Source: Convolutriloba macropyga (lineage: Eukaryota). From it: a DNA stretch of 64,000 nt. The notes below the pieces were generated by a model, which worked only from the letters and a program-made list of their open reading frames with translations, was not told the DNA's origin and searched no databases. The stretch is taken from positions 11,656,001 through 11,720,000 of the forward strand of contig NC_134481.1 of the NCBI RefSeq assembly GCF_964194025.1. The letters run 5' to 3'. Positions 52,601 through 64,000 of this stretch are shown here, in pieces. Made by a program: the position numbers and the translations under genes. Numbering within the stretch: position 1 is the first letter of the stretch; each line of letters opens with the position of its first letter.

Positions 52601-53177
52601 GAAGTCTGATTAGTAGCTATTTAATCGAGCAGTATTTACTTGCTTATTTTTTGGATTCTAACGTAAATAATGTATAGAAATTGAATACCGCAAACTGTGG
52701 AATAACGTAGCTTTAAAGTGGGGAATCCGAGTAAAACATTTTATCACGAGATTACCGGAAATGGCCAAATTGTCTATTTTGTCTAATCAGGTAACAAAAA
52801 AATTGAAGCAATTTCCAAACAACTTTTTATGTAACCGTATTTCACATTTTCAGCTAATTTTACATCAATTATGTAAGGATTTATGTCAGTTATGTTGGTA
52901 AATTACAATTATTTCTTACACGGTTTTGTTCTGTATAATCATTTATTACATTTTTGGACTTCAAGTTTGGGTCATTCTGATAAAAAAATAAGAGCGTTGA
53001 CCGGATTTTGGTAAACTAGGGTGGATTTCCGATCATTTTTGGCGGTTTTCTTGTCAGTTTATTTCTCAACCCTGCAAAACATTTGATATTTTTTCAAAAA
53101 TATTAGCACTTAGCATTTCGTGACAAGATTTGTATGTTATATCAATTTTTGTTTCAATGAAGATTAAAAATTTTTAC

Positions 53178-53554
53178 CTATCGTTTGAAGATAACCCGTC
53201 CGTTCGGTTACCATCAGACTGGAATCTATGATAGTTCGCCCAAACTCCAGCCAGTCCATCAGCCGGCAAACTTTTGCCAACTGCCCAAGTGACAATAGCC
53301 CTCAACTCTTCTTTCGTTTTGGGCGCAATTAGAATGGTGGCGAGTCCAAATGCCGCCCCATCGTAGCAACACATTTTTGCACCCCAGAACGACTTGGTTC
53401 CTTCTGCCGGGTCGACCAAGCCATAGCAAGAATCAAGAGTTGCTCCTTGTATTGTTTCCATACCACTGGGGCATGATGCGTCTTGATCGGAAGTTACGAT
53501 AGACAAGGTTGATACTGATATTATCAGCACTGTTAACAGTTTTGCATACGTCAT
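53178..53554 (-). CDS. Secreted C-type lectin-like protein, exon 1 (spliced product about 200 aa)
   Basis: Signal peptide MTYAKLLTVLIISVSTLSIVTS, long-form CTLD start CPSG...SCY...KSFWGAKMCC...LIAPKTKEEL...GVW; donor AG|GTAAAA at 53177. Confidence 0.8.
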
Positions 53555-55194
53555 TTTGATCTACGCCGATCTGTTGGTAGAAACAAATCAACGCGTATCG
53601 TTGCAAATTGAAAGAAAAATGTTGGCTTAGAAATTGAAGTTATACCTGTTTATCTTAGTACTTTTTTGTTTCGTAAATATATAATCATACGAAATTTACA
53701 ATATACAGGTGTGAACCGTTTCGCTGGATAATTTGTGAGATCTTGTTCGCAGGATTCTGCAAATTCCTCAAAAACAAACCATCCAGAGATATAGTTAATA
53801 AAAACATTTAAAATATTGAGATTGTGTGAAAACGTAGGAATTTATAAGAACCTCTTACAAATATTAAATTGTTCTTTTACTTTTTCGGGGTTTACGCAAT
53901 TACACGTTTCAAATAGGTATGTATCCCTTTAAAAATCCATTTAATTTTTATTTCTTTTTCTTTTCTCAGAATATATTTAGAAATTACATCAAAGTTAATT
54001 TTGCGATCTCGCAGTCAAAGAAATTTTAGTCTAGTTAAAAAATGTGTTTGTTCAAGCCATTTTCAGCTGAATAAAAATTTTTAAGATAACCGACGGTAGT
54101 ACGCGTTGATAGATGAAAAATCTACTGAAAAAATTGACAATTTTTTGCCACTAATTTTTAAGGCAACCAAGTTTGCAGAAAGAACTCAAAAGAGTAAAAC
54201 TTGTCAAATATTGGCAAGCTTTACTTTTCACTGCTGTGGGAATCAGGATTTCTACGTGCAATGGTTTTGTATATTTATACAGACAAAGAGGCGACATCTG
54301 ATTGGATAACAATAGACCAATGGCAACAGGTTTCACACTCAGACTGTGAGCAATTGTCGTTTAACGTGAGACAATTGTTATCTAGATGAGCAGACAGCTT
54401 TCAATTGTAAAATTTTTTGGATTGACATCTACCTCGTTTTATTATTTTTAACTCCTCAAAAATGCGAAGTTTTTTATTGTGAAAGTTTAATTTTCTAACT
54501 TCCAGGAGAATTTGTACGTTCAGATATAGGTATAAAAAGTACAGTAGGTATATTTTTATTGCAGAACCCGAGATTTAAGACAGTATTTATCAATAACCCG
54601 TGGCAGAATTTCTGTATCTCAAAAAATTACAAAAGAATCATATTTCAAAAACAGGGTCTTATTAAAGTTGGCTTGTGATGAACAGCATAATATCTAAAAT
54701 GCTTTACGGTTGTTTTGTCACTTTTTTCTCAAGAAGATTAGCCGAAGAGAGGGCAAATATGTGAGGATGTTTTCCATAATAATTCCCAGTTAGTGTATTG
54801 GTTAATTACATGGCTTCTTAATACATGCAGGTACAAAATGAACCCTTAATTGCCCAACCCCTCATTAATTCAGGGTTAGGATTTATATAGCAGCCCTAAT
54901 TTTGGCCGACCGACGTCGTTTGGAGAGATAAAAAGGTTGTATCATTGAAGGGCTATTGATAAATTGAATCGATTGTTCCAGAGATTTTTTAATATTTTCC
55001 TTCCTGGTAGAAAAACTGCGACTCAAAATTTCCATTTTTTAGACATTTTCACTCCACTCTTCATACGAACATTTTGAGTATTTTATAGGTATTTCATAAA
55101 GTTTTAATTAATGTTAAATATTTCATTAATGTTAATTAATTAAAATTTTTAATGGAATTTTTGACGTTTTTTCGATCATTTTTGACGATTTTTT

Positions 55195-55466
55195 GTCTGC
55201 CAAGACATGGATTGAGACTTGGCATCTCTTGGCCAAGACTTGGATTAAGATTTGGCAAGTCTTGGCCAAGACTTGGATTAAGACTTGGCAAGTCTTGGCC
55301 AAGACTTGGATTAGGATTTTGCAAGTCTTGACCAAGACTTGGCAAGTCTTGGTCAAGTCGGACAAGTCTTAAATGTGTTATGATCATAGCTCTGAATCAG
55401 TACTGATACCTAGACTTGGAGTTAGACTTGCCCAGTACTGATTTTGACTTGGCGTTCGGTACTGGA
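55195..55466. mobile_element. Right end of a dispersed DNA transposon family with GTCTTGGCCAAGAC repeats
   Basis: ~33-bp repeats built on the palindrome TCTTGGCCAAGA, then the terminal block shared with 3425-3510 and 21973-22057; related pieces at 45535-45565 (inverted) and 46655-46725. Confidence 0.65.
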
Positions 55467-58400
55467 TAGCTATAGTTGATAGGAGTTGTTATTGACTTCT
55501 ATTAGAGTTTTTGAAAATCTAAGAAATTGAATTGTTTTGCATCGCTGTCATTTTTTAAAAAGTGTTCTCTTTTTGGACTCTTTGTTACCAATGAGAAGTC
55601 AAAAAGGTTGTTTGTTTTGGTCACGCTGTTGACTGAGAAGAGCGAAAAGCAAGAGGCGAAAGTTCTCAAACTGCTCTTAAATCAGTGCGAGAAAAATAAA
55701 CAAAAACAGTTTTTTTTGCATTTTGAGAGAATTTCTTATTTGCATGAAAAATTCTCTCAAAATCACTTTCACTGTTTTTACTTTCACTGTTTTTTCTAAT
55801 TTCTCAATAGTTTTTTAAAAGAAACATGCGTTCTAATGTTTCACAGCTTTTTCTTTAACTCATAAAAAAATTATGGTTTGTACAGCTTTGATACTACTCG
55901 TTCTGATAAAACTTTTCTAGCACTTTTGAGTTTTGGCCGATTTCATAGTTAGTTGGCCACATCTCTTAGTTGCATTAATGAATGGCTATTTGGATTTTGG
56001 AGTTTTGATGCTTTCGATCTTTGAGTTTACGGCCTTTTGTGGTTCTTTTGGTTTTCCTTTCAATTAGTTGCAGTAATGGCAGGTGTCATATAATATATAG
56101 TTGACCAGACAGAAGTGTAGCTGTTTACGTGGTTTCTAATGAAATCAAATTGGCTGAAAAACTTGCCTTTATTCGATAAAATCGGTTTTAATATAGCACT
56201 ACTCATTCTGTTTGGTTTGTGGCCTCTTTATTTCTGTATCAAAACCTAACATTGAAGTTCTATTGAAAAATTGAATCAATTTTTTGACTCATTTGCAGTT
56301 ACTTGTTATTTATTTTGTTTTTTTTTGCTTTTGTTTTTACCTCTATCAAACTACATATTTTTTGTTAACAGGCTGAAAAAAGATTTTTTGTTACAAAAAG
56401 TACAACCAATTTCTGCTAAGAAAAACATTTATACTTAAATTCTACTGGAGATATATTTTTTACCCTAGAGCCTTGACGACAGAAACTGAAAATTAATGTT
56501 TGCAAAATTTATTTTAGACGAAAAACGGGGCTTAATTTAATTTCATAAAAATTTACTTTCTCGGATTTATCTAACCATCTTTGTGACTCCCCTACAATTT
56601 CAAGACCTCCTTTGAGCAAAAGCACCGTAATGCAATATTGGCGACCCAAGACTATTCGCGACTGATTGAATCAGGCCACTACATACCACTGTTGGTTATC
56701 AATCCAATGAAATTTGTTTCAATGTTTTATTCTGAAAAGAGATTAACATCGAGGGGCTTGTCAGTTTTAATTGAAAAAAAATATACAAATTGATTATCAT
56801 TTGAAGGTTTGAAAAATTATGATCAAACGCATATTTCCAATTCTGTTTTGTGAACAATCTTCCCAATAACAGCCAAATTGAGTTGTTGATCCACAGAAAA
56901 AATGTATTTCAAAAAAAAAAAGATATAAATTTTTTTCAACACATTCTGTTTTATAAATTATTGCAAACTTATTGCTCAAGTCATCTTTAGAGATCAAGAA
57001 AAGGAATATCTAAAGAAGAATTACTGTTCTCTAAAGTGCAAGATTTTCTAAAGTAGGCCTTTTCAAGTTTAGTTCTCTAATTTTTTATTTAAATTTTGTG
57101 CCTTCTGCAAATTCGCGTGAAGCGAATTTGCACAAGGTACAATCGTAATTTGCATAATTGTAAGGTGGAGCGAATTTTATTTCGCGATCACAATTGGACG
57201 GACGTAAATTCAGGCAGTGGAAATTTCAAAAAGGTTAACTTGTACAGTAAATAAAATTGAAGAGAACTAAACATGTTCAGCTGGACCAATTTATGTTTTT
57301 AGTTGTTCCCACTATATATCGATCAGCAAATACTGAGAGGCAATCGTGATAAACGTTTTGAATTGGTGTATTGCGAAACGTCTTTAAGCATATGAGAAGT
57401 TTTTCAGCGGTATCTGCCGGCTCAAGTAGAGACCTGCATTTTGCTATTGCATCATCTATCATTTGGAGTTTTGTATAGTATCAAATTAGAGCGGGCTGCT
57501 ACAGATCACACATTACTGGACCTCTTTATGTATGCCGATCGAACTTGACAAAAGATATAACAAATCGAAGGCAAAGATATATGCCTAAAACCTGTTTGTG
57601 CAATAAGTCCGAATTTAAAGATTGGGTGGCTGAAAAAGTTAACTTATAAAAGAATAAGCATAAATATAAACTCTTACTATTTATCAAAGATATCGGGTTG
57701 AAATGATTTGCAGAAAAGATTTAACACTTCTTTGCTTAATTTGTTGTACAATTAGTTCGTGAGCAAAATAGAACTTTAAAAGCAGAATTATTCTGTACGT
57801 GAATTTCTTCACAAGAATTAGATTATATTTTAGAGTTTTTAGGTGGCGCAGAACCATGTTCACGTACATAGTGAAACATTTTCCTATTTTTTTATTGGCG
57901 GAAAAATTGAGAGAATCAACTCTACTCATCTCAAAAACTTGTTACTCTTTTCTTGTAAAAAAAGTGGGAGCCTTCCAGCCTCTTTTATCCTTGCATAGGC
58001 GCCTTAATTCTTCCCCTTCTGCTCATATATCTTTGAAGTTTGTGGGAGAATTTGTTGCTTTTCTTCTCATCCACTTGATTTGCTCTAAGTAGTGTCCTCG
58101 AGTTGCAAATGTCAGTTAAGGAGCAAGGAAATTGAACAGTTTTAGCGGCGTCTACTTATATTTAGTTCTAGTTCTAATTTGGATTTGGTCCAGGATAATC
58201 CAGGCCTAAACTGAGGCTTGTTTATTAATAAAAACAGTAAAGACTCAAAGCTTAATATATTGTCAGCCTAAGCACGCGAAAATTTGCTAAGAGTAGTGGT
58301 TATTAACGATTTAAATTATGCGGTCGATGTGATATATTTATTATTCGTTCAATTCCTTCAGCTCTAATACTACAATGGGAATAAGCTTTACAGGTCCGAG

Positions 58401-59814
58401 TGTGATGTGTCGGCAAAACATCTGTGATGAAATAATTTTCAGAAGCAACTGCCACTGTTGGCGTTTAATTTCTGCTTATTTTGCTATTTCTTTTATTTTT
58501 TACGTCTACGTCTCGTTGCCGATTAGAGCAGCTTGATTATGTTCTCTTTTGATTTGAATGATTTTTCGTTTTTTTGAAGGGGTTGCGCGGGTTGACGATG
58601 CGAAGCAAAATGCGCCTTCTAGTAAAAAAAATGACGAGGTCACTAGAATCTGTTGCCGACTATTGTTTTAATCTTCCCATTTTTTTTAATCCACTGCAAT
58701 TTAAGCATCTGACCATCTGTGTTTTTTTATTAAAAGTTTTATAATACAGATACTGGCACCACTTGACTATAATCATCAGACTTTTTGATGACCTATCATT
58801 TAAATGGCGGTTTTGCAATAAGGGATGCATAACGTACTATGTGGCCTGGTTTGTACAGCAATGCAAGTTACTTAGTTGAGAACAATTTTTTGATATTACT
58901 ATTACCATTTAAATTTTTGATTTTCCATGCCTTTCTCTGCTCTGGAGATTTTTTGCAGATGTTATGTTGATCGGACTACTTGTCATCCTTTATGCGCATT
59001 TTTTTATTTCAGAAAACCGGTAAATTAAAATTGCGTTTTATGGCGCTGAGTTGAGAGACAACTTTAGTAAAAAAATTAGTAACTTCCTATTTTCACCCTT
59101 CAAGTACGTTATGCAAACCTTATTGCAAAGCAGTTGCCAAAACATAGTACATGATTGAGTAGAAATATAGCACGTGCTGATGGGGTTGCAAATAATATGC
59201 ATCCACTAAGCTGGGGGAACAAACGGAATGGATCCAATAAATGCTTGCATAATTATAATTTCAGTTCTGAATTTGATTTGAAGCACTAGATATGTCAATT
59301 AATGAGGAATAAATTCTGGTTTTAGTTTTTTTTTGAGTTTTCAGCTTTACTTATTGAGTTTTCAGGTTTTTTTTGAGTTTTCAGGTTTTTTTTTTGAGTT
59401 TTCAGCTTTACTTGTAAAACTTTTTGAACTAGTAGGTTTCAAATGGGCTGAATTGACCGCAGTTAGGAAAATAGTGTGCATTATTCAACTGACAAAGACC
59501 CCTTGTTTAACGCAACCTCAATAACTAATTTAATAACCTAGCATCTCATTCAACCTCAACAGGGACGATACCTTTAGTTCGTCAGTTTTAAAGGGTTTTA
59601 CTGTTGTGTTGCTAAATTCTGCAGAGGTTTTTGAATCGAGTTTAAATAAAAAGGTTAAAGAAAGAATAGCTCAAATTCGATTAAATTTGAAGCTATCATA
59701 ACGCTTTCGTATGAAGTTCTATTGGGTAAAACGTTACAGGAATACTAGCTGATGGAATTAGGTGAAAAAGTTAAAAACAGGGAAATTAACTAATTTAATT
59801 ACCGAATTAATTGC

Positions 59815-61514
59815 TGTAAGCAAACATAAGTAGGACGCGCACTTATATAACTCGCTTAACAAGAAATTAATGCTTTTGGCTATGCATCATAAGCCACAGC
59901 GTCCTATGGAACTTTAAAAGGATCTATCACAACCGAACGAATTATCAGGACGGAACATGTTATTCTCTGATTGGTTAATGTCTACTTTTCGGCCAACATT
60001 TCGTATGCCAGTCTTCCAAATATCGCCTTTTTAACCTTATTGACCAAACTAATACGTATCTTGTAGCACATTAAAATTTTGTGTAACCTTATAACTATAG
60101 CCACTACAAGATAAGCCTTCTAGAGACTATTTACTACAAATTATAAGTGGCAATTCGAAAAACAGAAGATTATTTTTAGTTGTTGTAACAAACGAAACAA
60201 ATATTTTCATCAAAAAGGCTTCGTTCATAACAAAAATTGATTTCATACAATTGTATTCATTTAAAACAAGCGCAAAAAAATGTTTTTCAATCAAATCTTT
60301 TTGTCTAAAACGTGTGTTGTATGATTGCATTATATAAACTTCTGGTTCATGTTTTTGCCCTGTTGTTAGCTCTATAACTCAAAACAGATGCTTTCATTTT
60401 GTGTAAAATCAATGGTTTTTAAAGCGCTCAATACAGCCGTAGTCTTCGGTGCTATTTTGTTAATTAAACAATCTTTTTTTTTTGCCGTTGATACTAAGGG
60501 TTTTTTTTTTAATTTTTCTTGTTGGATATTTTCAAATTTTTGAGATTCAATTTTCCTCTCTTGCCGGATTACACCTTAATGACAAGTCACTTATCTCATT
60601 GATGGTGTTAATGGCGCAGTTTATTCTATTCAAACTCTTTAGCAAATAGATTGAGGTTTTATTGGTGTAAGCAAACATAAGTAGGACGCGCACTTATATA
60701 ACTCGCTTAACAAGAAGTTAATGCTTTTGGCTATGCATCATAAGCCACAGCGTCCTATGGAACTTTAAAAGGATCTATCACAACCGAACGAATTATCAGG
60801 ACGGAACATGTTATTCTCTGATTGGTTAATGTCTACTTTTCGGCCAACATTTCGTATGCCAGTCTTCCAAATATCGCCTTTTTAACCTTATTGAGCAAAC
60901 TAATACGTATCTTGTAGCACATTAAAATTTTGTGTAACCTTATAACTATAGCCACTACAAGATAAGCCTTCTAGAGACTATTTACTACAAATTATAAGTG
61001 GCAATTCGAAAAACAGAAGATTATTTTTAGTTGTTGTAACAAACGAAACAAATATTTTCATCAAAAAGGCTTCGTTCATAACAAAAATTGATTTCATACA
61101 ATTGTATTCATTTAAAACAAGCGCAAAAAAATGTTTTTCAATCAAATCTTTTTGTCTAAAACGTGTGTTGTATGATTGCATTATATAAACTTCTGGTTCA
61201 TGTTTTTGCCCTGTTGTTAGCTCTATAACTCAAAACAGATGCTTTCATTTTGTGTAAAATCAATGGTTTTTAAAGCGCTTAATACAGCCGTAGTCTTCGG
61301 TGCTATTTTGTTAATTAAACAATCTTTTTTTTGCCGTTGATACTAAGGGTTTTTTTTTAAATTTTTCTTGTTGGATATTTTCAAATTTTTGAGATTCAAT
61401 TTTCCTCTCTTGCCGGATTACACCTTAATGACAAGTCACTTATCTCATTGATGGTGTTAATGGCGCAGTTTATTCTATTCAAACTCTTTAGCAAATAGAT
61501 TGAGGTTTTATTGG
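59815..61514. repeat. Near-identical tandem duplication, ~851-bp unit x2
   Basis: 59815-60665 repeats at 60666-61514; I see only about three substitutions plus homopolymer differences; identical 67-aa spurious ORFs lie 851 bp apart. Confidence 0.95.
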
Positions 61515-63058
61515 CTTGGACACAGTTTCGTCGCAAAATTGATTTGACTTTTTGATTTTTAACGTACTTTTTGATATATGATTTGTGACTGTTCTTTTTG
61601 TAGTCGTCTAAGGTTCTGGATGATGGACGGTCTGAATGGCTTTGTATGAAGGTATCAATGAAGTCGTTTTTAATTAGTAATTTTTTAATAAGTAATTTTT
61701 AATTATCCTCATTTGCGATTGATTCCGTTTTTTGCTGGTGGAATGCAATTCCGTGGGTTTTGTTTGGTTTTATCTTATAATTGTTTGAGTTTTTCAATAA
61801 GTTTGTGTTCTTAAAAAAATAGATGGACTTTGAGTTTTGGTCTTCAGTAATGCTTTTTGTTTTTATTTGATTTTGTTGTTTCTCTTGTTTCTTACACTAT
61901 TTAATTTGTATAGTGGTTTGAGCTTGAATATTAATTTTTAATTAATTTCAAACAATTTATGAATTTTCTATCTAAGCCTCATTTGACAGATATTTAAGTA
62001 AAAAATATGGTTGCGAGCAGTCGGAGCATTAGGTGCAAACGTACCTTACTGAACCTCCTTGTTGTTTAATTAAACCAGGCTTATTCTCAATTTTTTTGGC
62101 ACAATGGTGTGCTTGTCATTTTGATAAAAAACAGTGAGCAAAAGTTTTGAAATTTTGAAAAACAACAGTGTAAAATTTTACATTGTAATAAGTGCCATTC
62201 AAAAATGCCTGGGTTTAAGAAGTCATTAAATTTGCACAATGCTTGTTTTGAAATGGTCACATGGTTTAACAGAAGTCAGTTGTTGGAAATTATGGCACTA
62301 GCTAAGGTCGTAAAAATGCCACAAAATCCTGGCGACTTCACGACAATAACGTTATCTTAACATTAAAAATATAGGTTTAGTTGCCCTGTGTTAGCTAAAA
62401 GCACCGTGATCGCAGAATTAGGAGCACATTGTTATTAAATTAAATATTAATGGTTGTTTTACAAACTGAATTAAAATATATATTTATTGCTTTGCAATAT
62501 TTTGACCTCCACGGTGACAATGCGAACTTAATCACTACAGTTTCAGTTCATGTTTACCAATTAAAAGAACTTAATATTTCCGAAATCACAGAATTGACCG
62601 TTTTTAATTTTTTTGAAGATATTAAGCAAATTGATCCGAATTACTTTTGGCACTTGGCAACTTTAAACTGAACCCTCAAAACTTATAAATATCACAAATT
62701 AAACAAATAAACATTTATAAATTGTCATTCGGTTAACAAATAAAGGCCTGACAACATCATTGCCAAATAAATGGCACGATCTAAAGTTGTTTTCGGTTTT
62801 TAGACTTCAATATCAAATATTCTAACAAATTGTTTAGGTTCAATCGATCGACTTATTACTTAAGAAATACATAACCCAATATAACCAGCATTCTTTTGGA
62901 AAACGCCTTGGCCTTAACTGGTTTTTTACTGATCAGTTTATTTGCTTCATTTTCAGAAATTTTCATGAGTTCAACAGTTCAAAATACAAAAACCCTCGAA
63001 AAAAATTAAAATTATAATAAAAAGATCGAATAATTACAGCAATATTGTGAGCAAAATC

Positions 63059-63302
63059 ATGAAAATGATACAATTAAAGTTAAATTGTATTCTTTTTGTT
63101 TATTTGTTTATTTTTCAACATTTCCATGATGTGGGCGCTGGTTTCATTCAAGAACCCGACTTCTGCCCAATGGTGGATGCTGTGCAAGTTAGCCCAGAGT
63201 CGCTTGGGGGGAGGTGGTTCATAGTCAAAATGTCAGGCTATGTTGGTCATGTGGACGATACGTGTGCATTTGTGGAGTTGGAGTTACGGGAGGGGGTCGT
63301 AG
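63059..63302 (+). CDS. Lipocalin B exon 1 (paralog of lipocalin A); later exons not found in the window
   Basis: Signal peptide, then QEPDFCPMVDAVQVSPESLGGRWF...DDTCAFVEL, versus QEPDHCPYVSAVPLILEKFLGRWY...DDPCLVVDL in A; donor G|GTAAGA at 63303 at the equivalent position and phase. Confidence 0.8.
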
Positions 63303-64000
63303 GTAAGAAAATGAGTCATGGGGGGGGTGACAACCAGATATCCTGGCCATTTCAACTCAAGTTGAGGCTTTCTAGACTTTCATCTTGCTTTTTTATCCGA
63401 TCATCCTGGGCCACACATAAGGGTGCTGTTAGACCCAAACTTATACAGTCCGGACGAAGAATGGTCCATTTAATGGTTTGAACAATTATCTGTTAGTAGC
63501 ACAAAATCTTACCACATAGGTAAGAATAAGTCATTCTAAGGCAGAAGTTAATAATAGTTCTTGCATAATTTTTCGTTATTGGATCGCTTGAAATATTTCA
63601 ATTAATTGGTCGAAAAATGAAAAAAATTGAATATTTTTTAAAGTAAAATTGCAACTTAGCAAAAGCTGATTTTTCACAAACTTTCGCCTAAGTTTCTTGA
63701 TTGCAGTGGGATGCAGAATTCAATTTAATATTATTGAAATATTTCCACTTTTAAGACACAGTTTGTTGATATCAACACTATAATGGTCGGCTAGCACAAC
63801 ATTAAAAATTGAACAACAAAACAGAGACGTAAGTCTCCCGGATAGATTCGAAGTGAAACTTGAGTTACACAGCAGAAAGCTAATAACAACAAATAATTTT
63901 AGTTTTTTACACTATTTATTACAAAAAAAACCGCAGGAACTCTCAAGAACCTAAAACTGAAGATTTGCACAGGTTTTCGAGTTTTTCCCAACAGTTACGC

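Noticed and set aside
57277-57462. 61-aa minus-strand ORF, possible transposase relic
   Set aside because: Too short and without diagnostic residues.
60127-61181. Two identical 67-aa ORFs as a duplicated gene
   Set aside because: AT-rich chance ORF copied with the 851-bp duplication.

Overview
AT-rich, intron- and repeat-laden animal (probably invertebrate) genomic DNA with three N gaps; no prokaryotic, CRISPR, rRNA or tRNA signatures were seen. Genes I can reconstruct by hand: (1) a six-exon plus-strand proline-rich DUF4587 (PRR29/C21orf58-like) gene spanning about 5677-28470, absent from the ORF track; (2) an intronless, moderately divergent actin (8078-9208) with a CArG/forkhead-rich promoter, apparently nested on the same strand in a 17 kb intron of gene 1; (3) a three-exon ApoD-like lipocalin on the minus strand (47152-38654) and exon 1 of a paralog on the plus strand (63059-63302), flanking (4) a two-exon secreted C-type lectin (53554-49379); (5) an orphan ORF (375-944) with one in-frame TGA and a C-terminal NLS/RxL-like motif. 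Mobile DNA: a head-to-tail array of internally deleted Ty3/Gypsy (Mag-like) elements sharing 169-bp LTRs, CCC...GGG-ended EnSpm/CACTA-like non-autonomous elements filled with minisatellites (one 4.6 kb), a hAT-like element that may supply a splice donor, a MITE, a ~940-bp tandem array and an 851-bp near-identical duplication. Family names come from remembered motifs, not database searches, and all splice models need RNA confirmation. I see no clear new multi-gene system; the best leads are the nested actin, the tandem LTR array, the transposon-derived splice donor and the orphan ORF.
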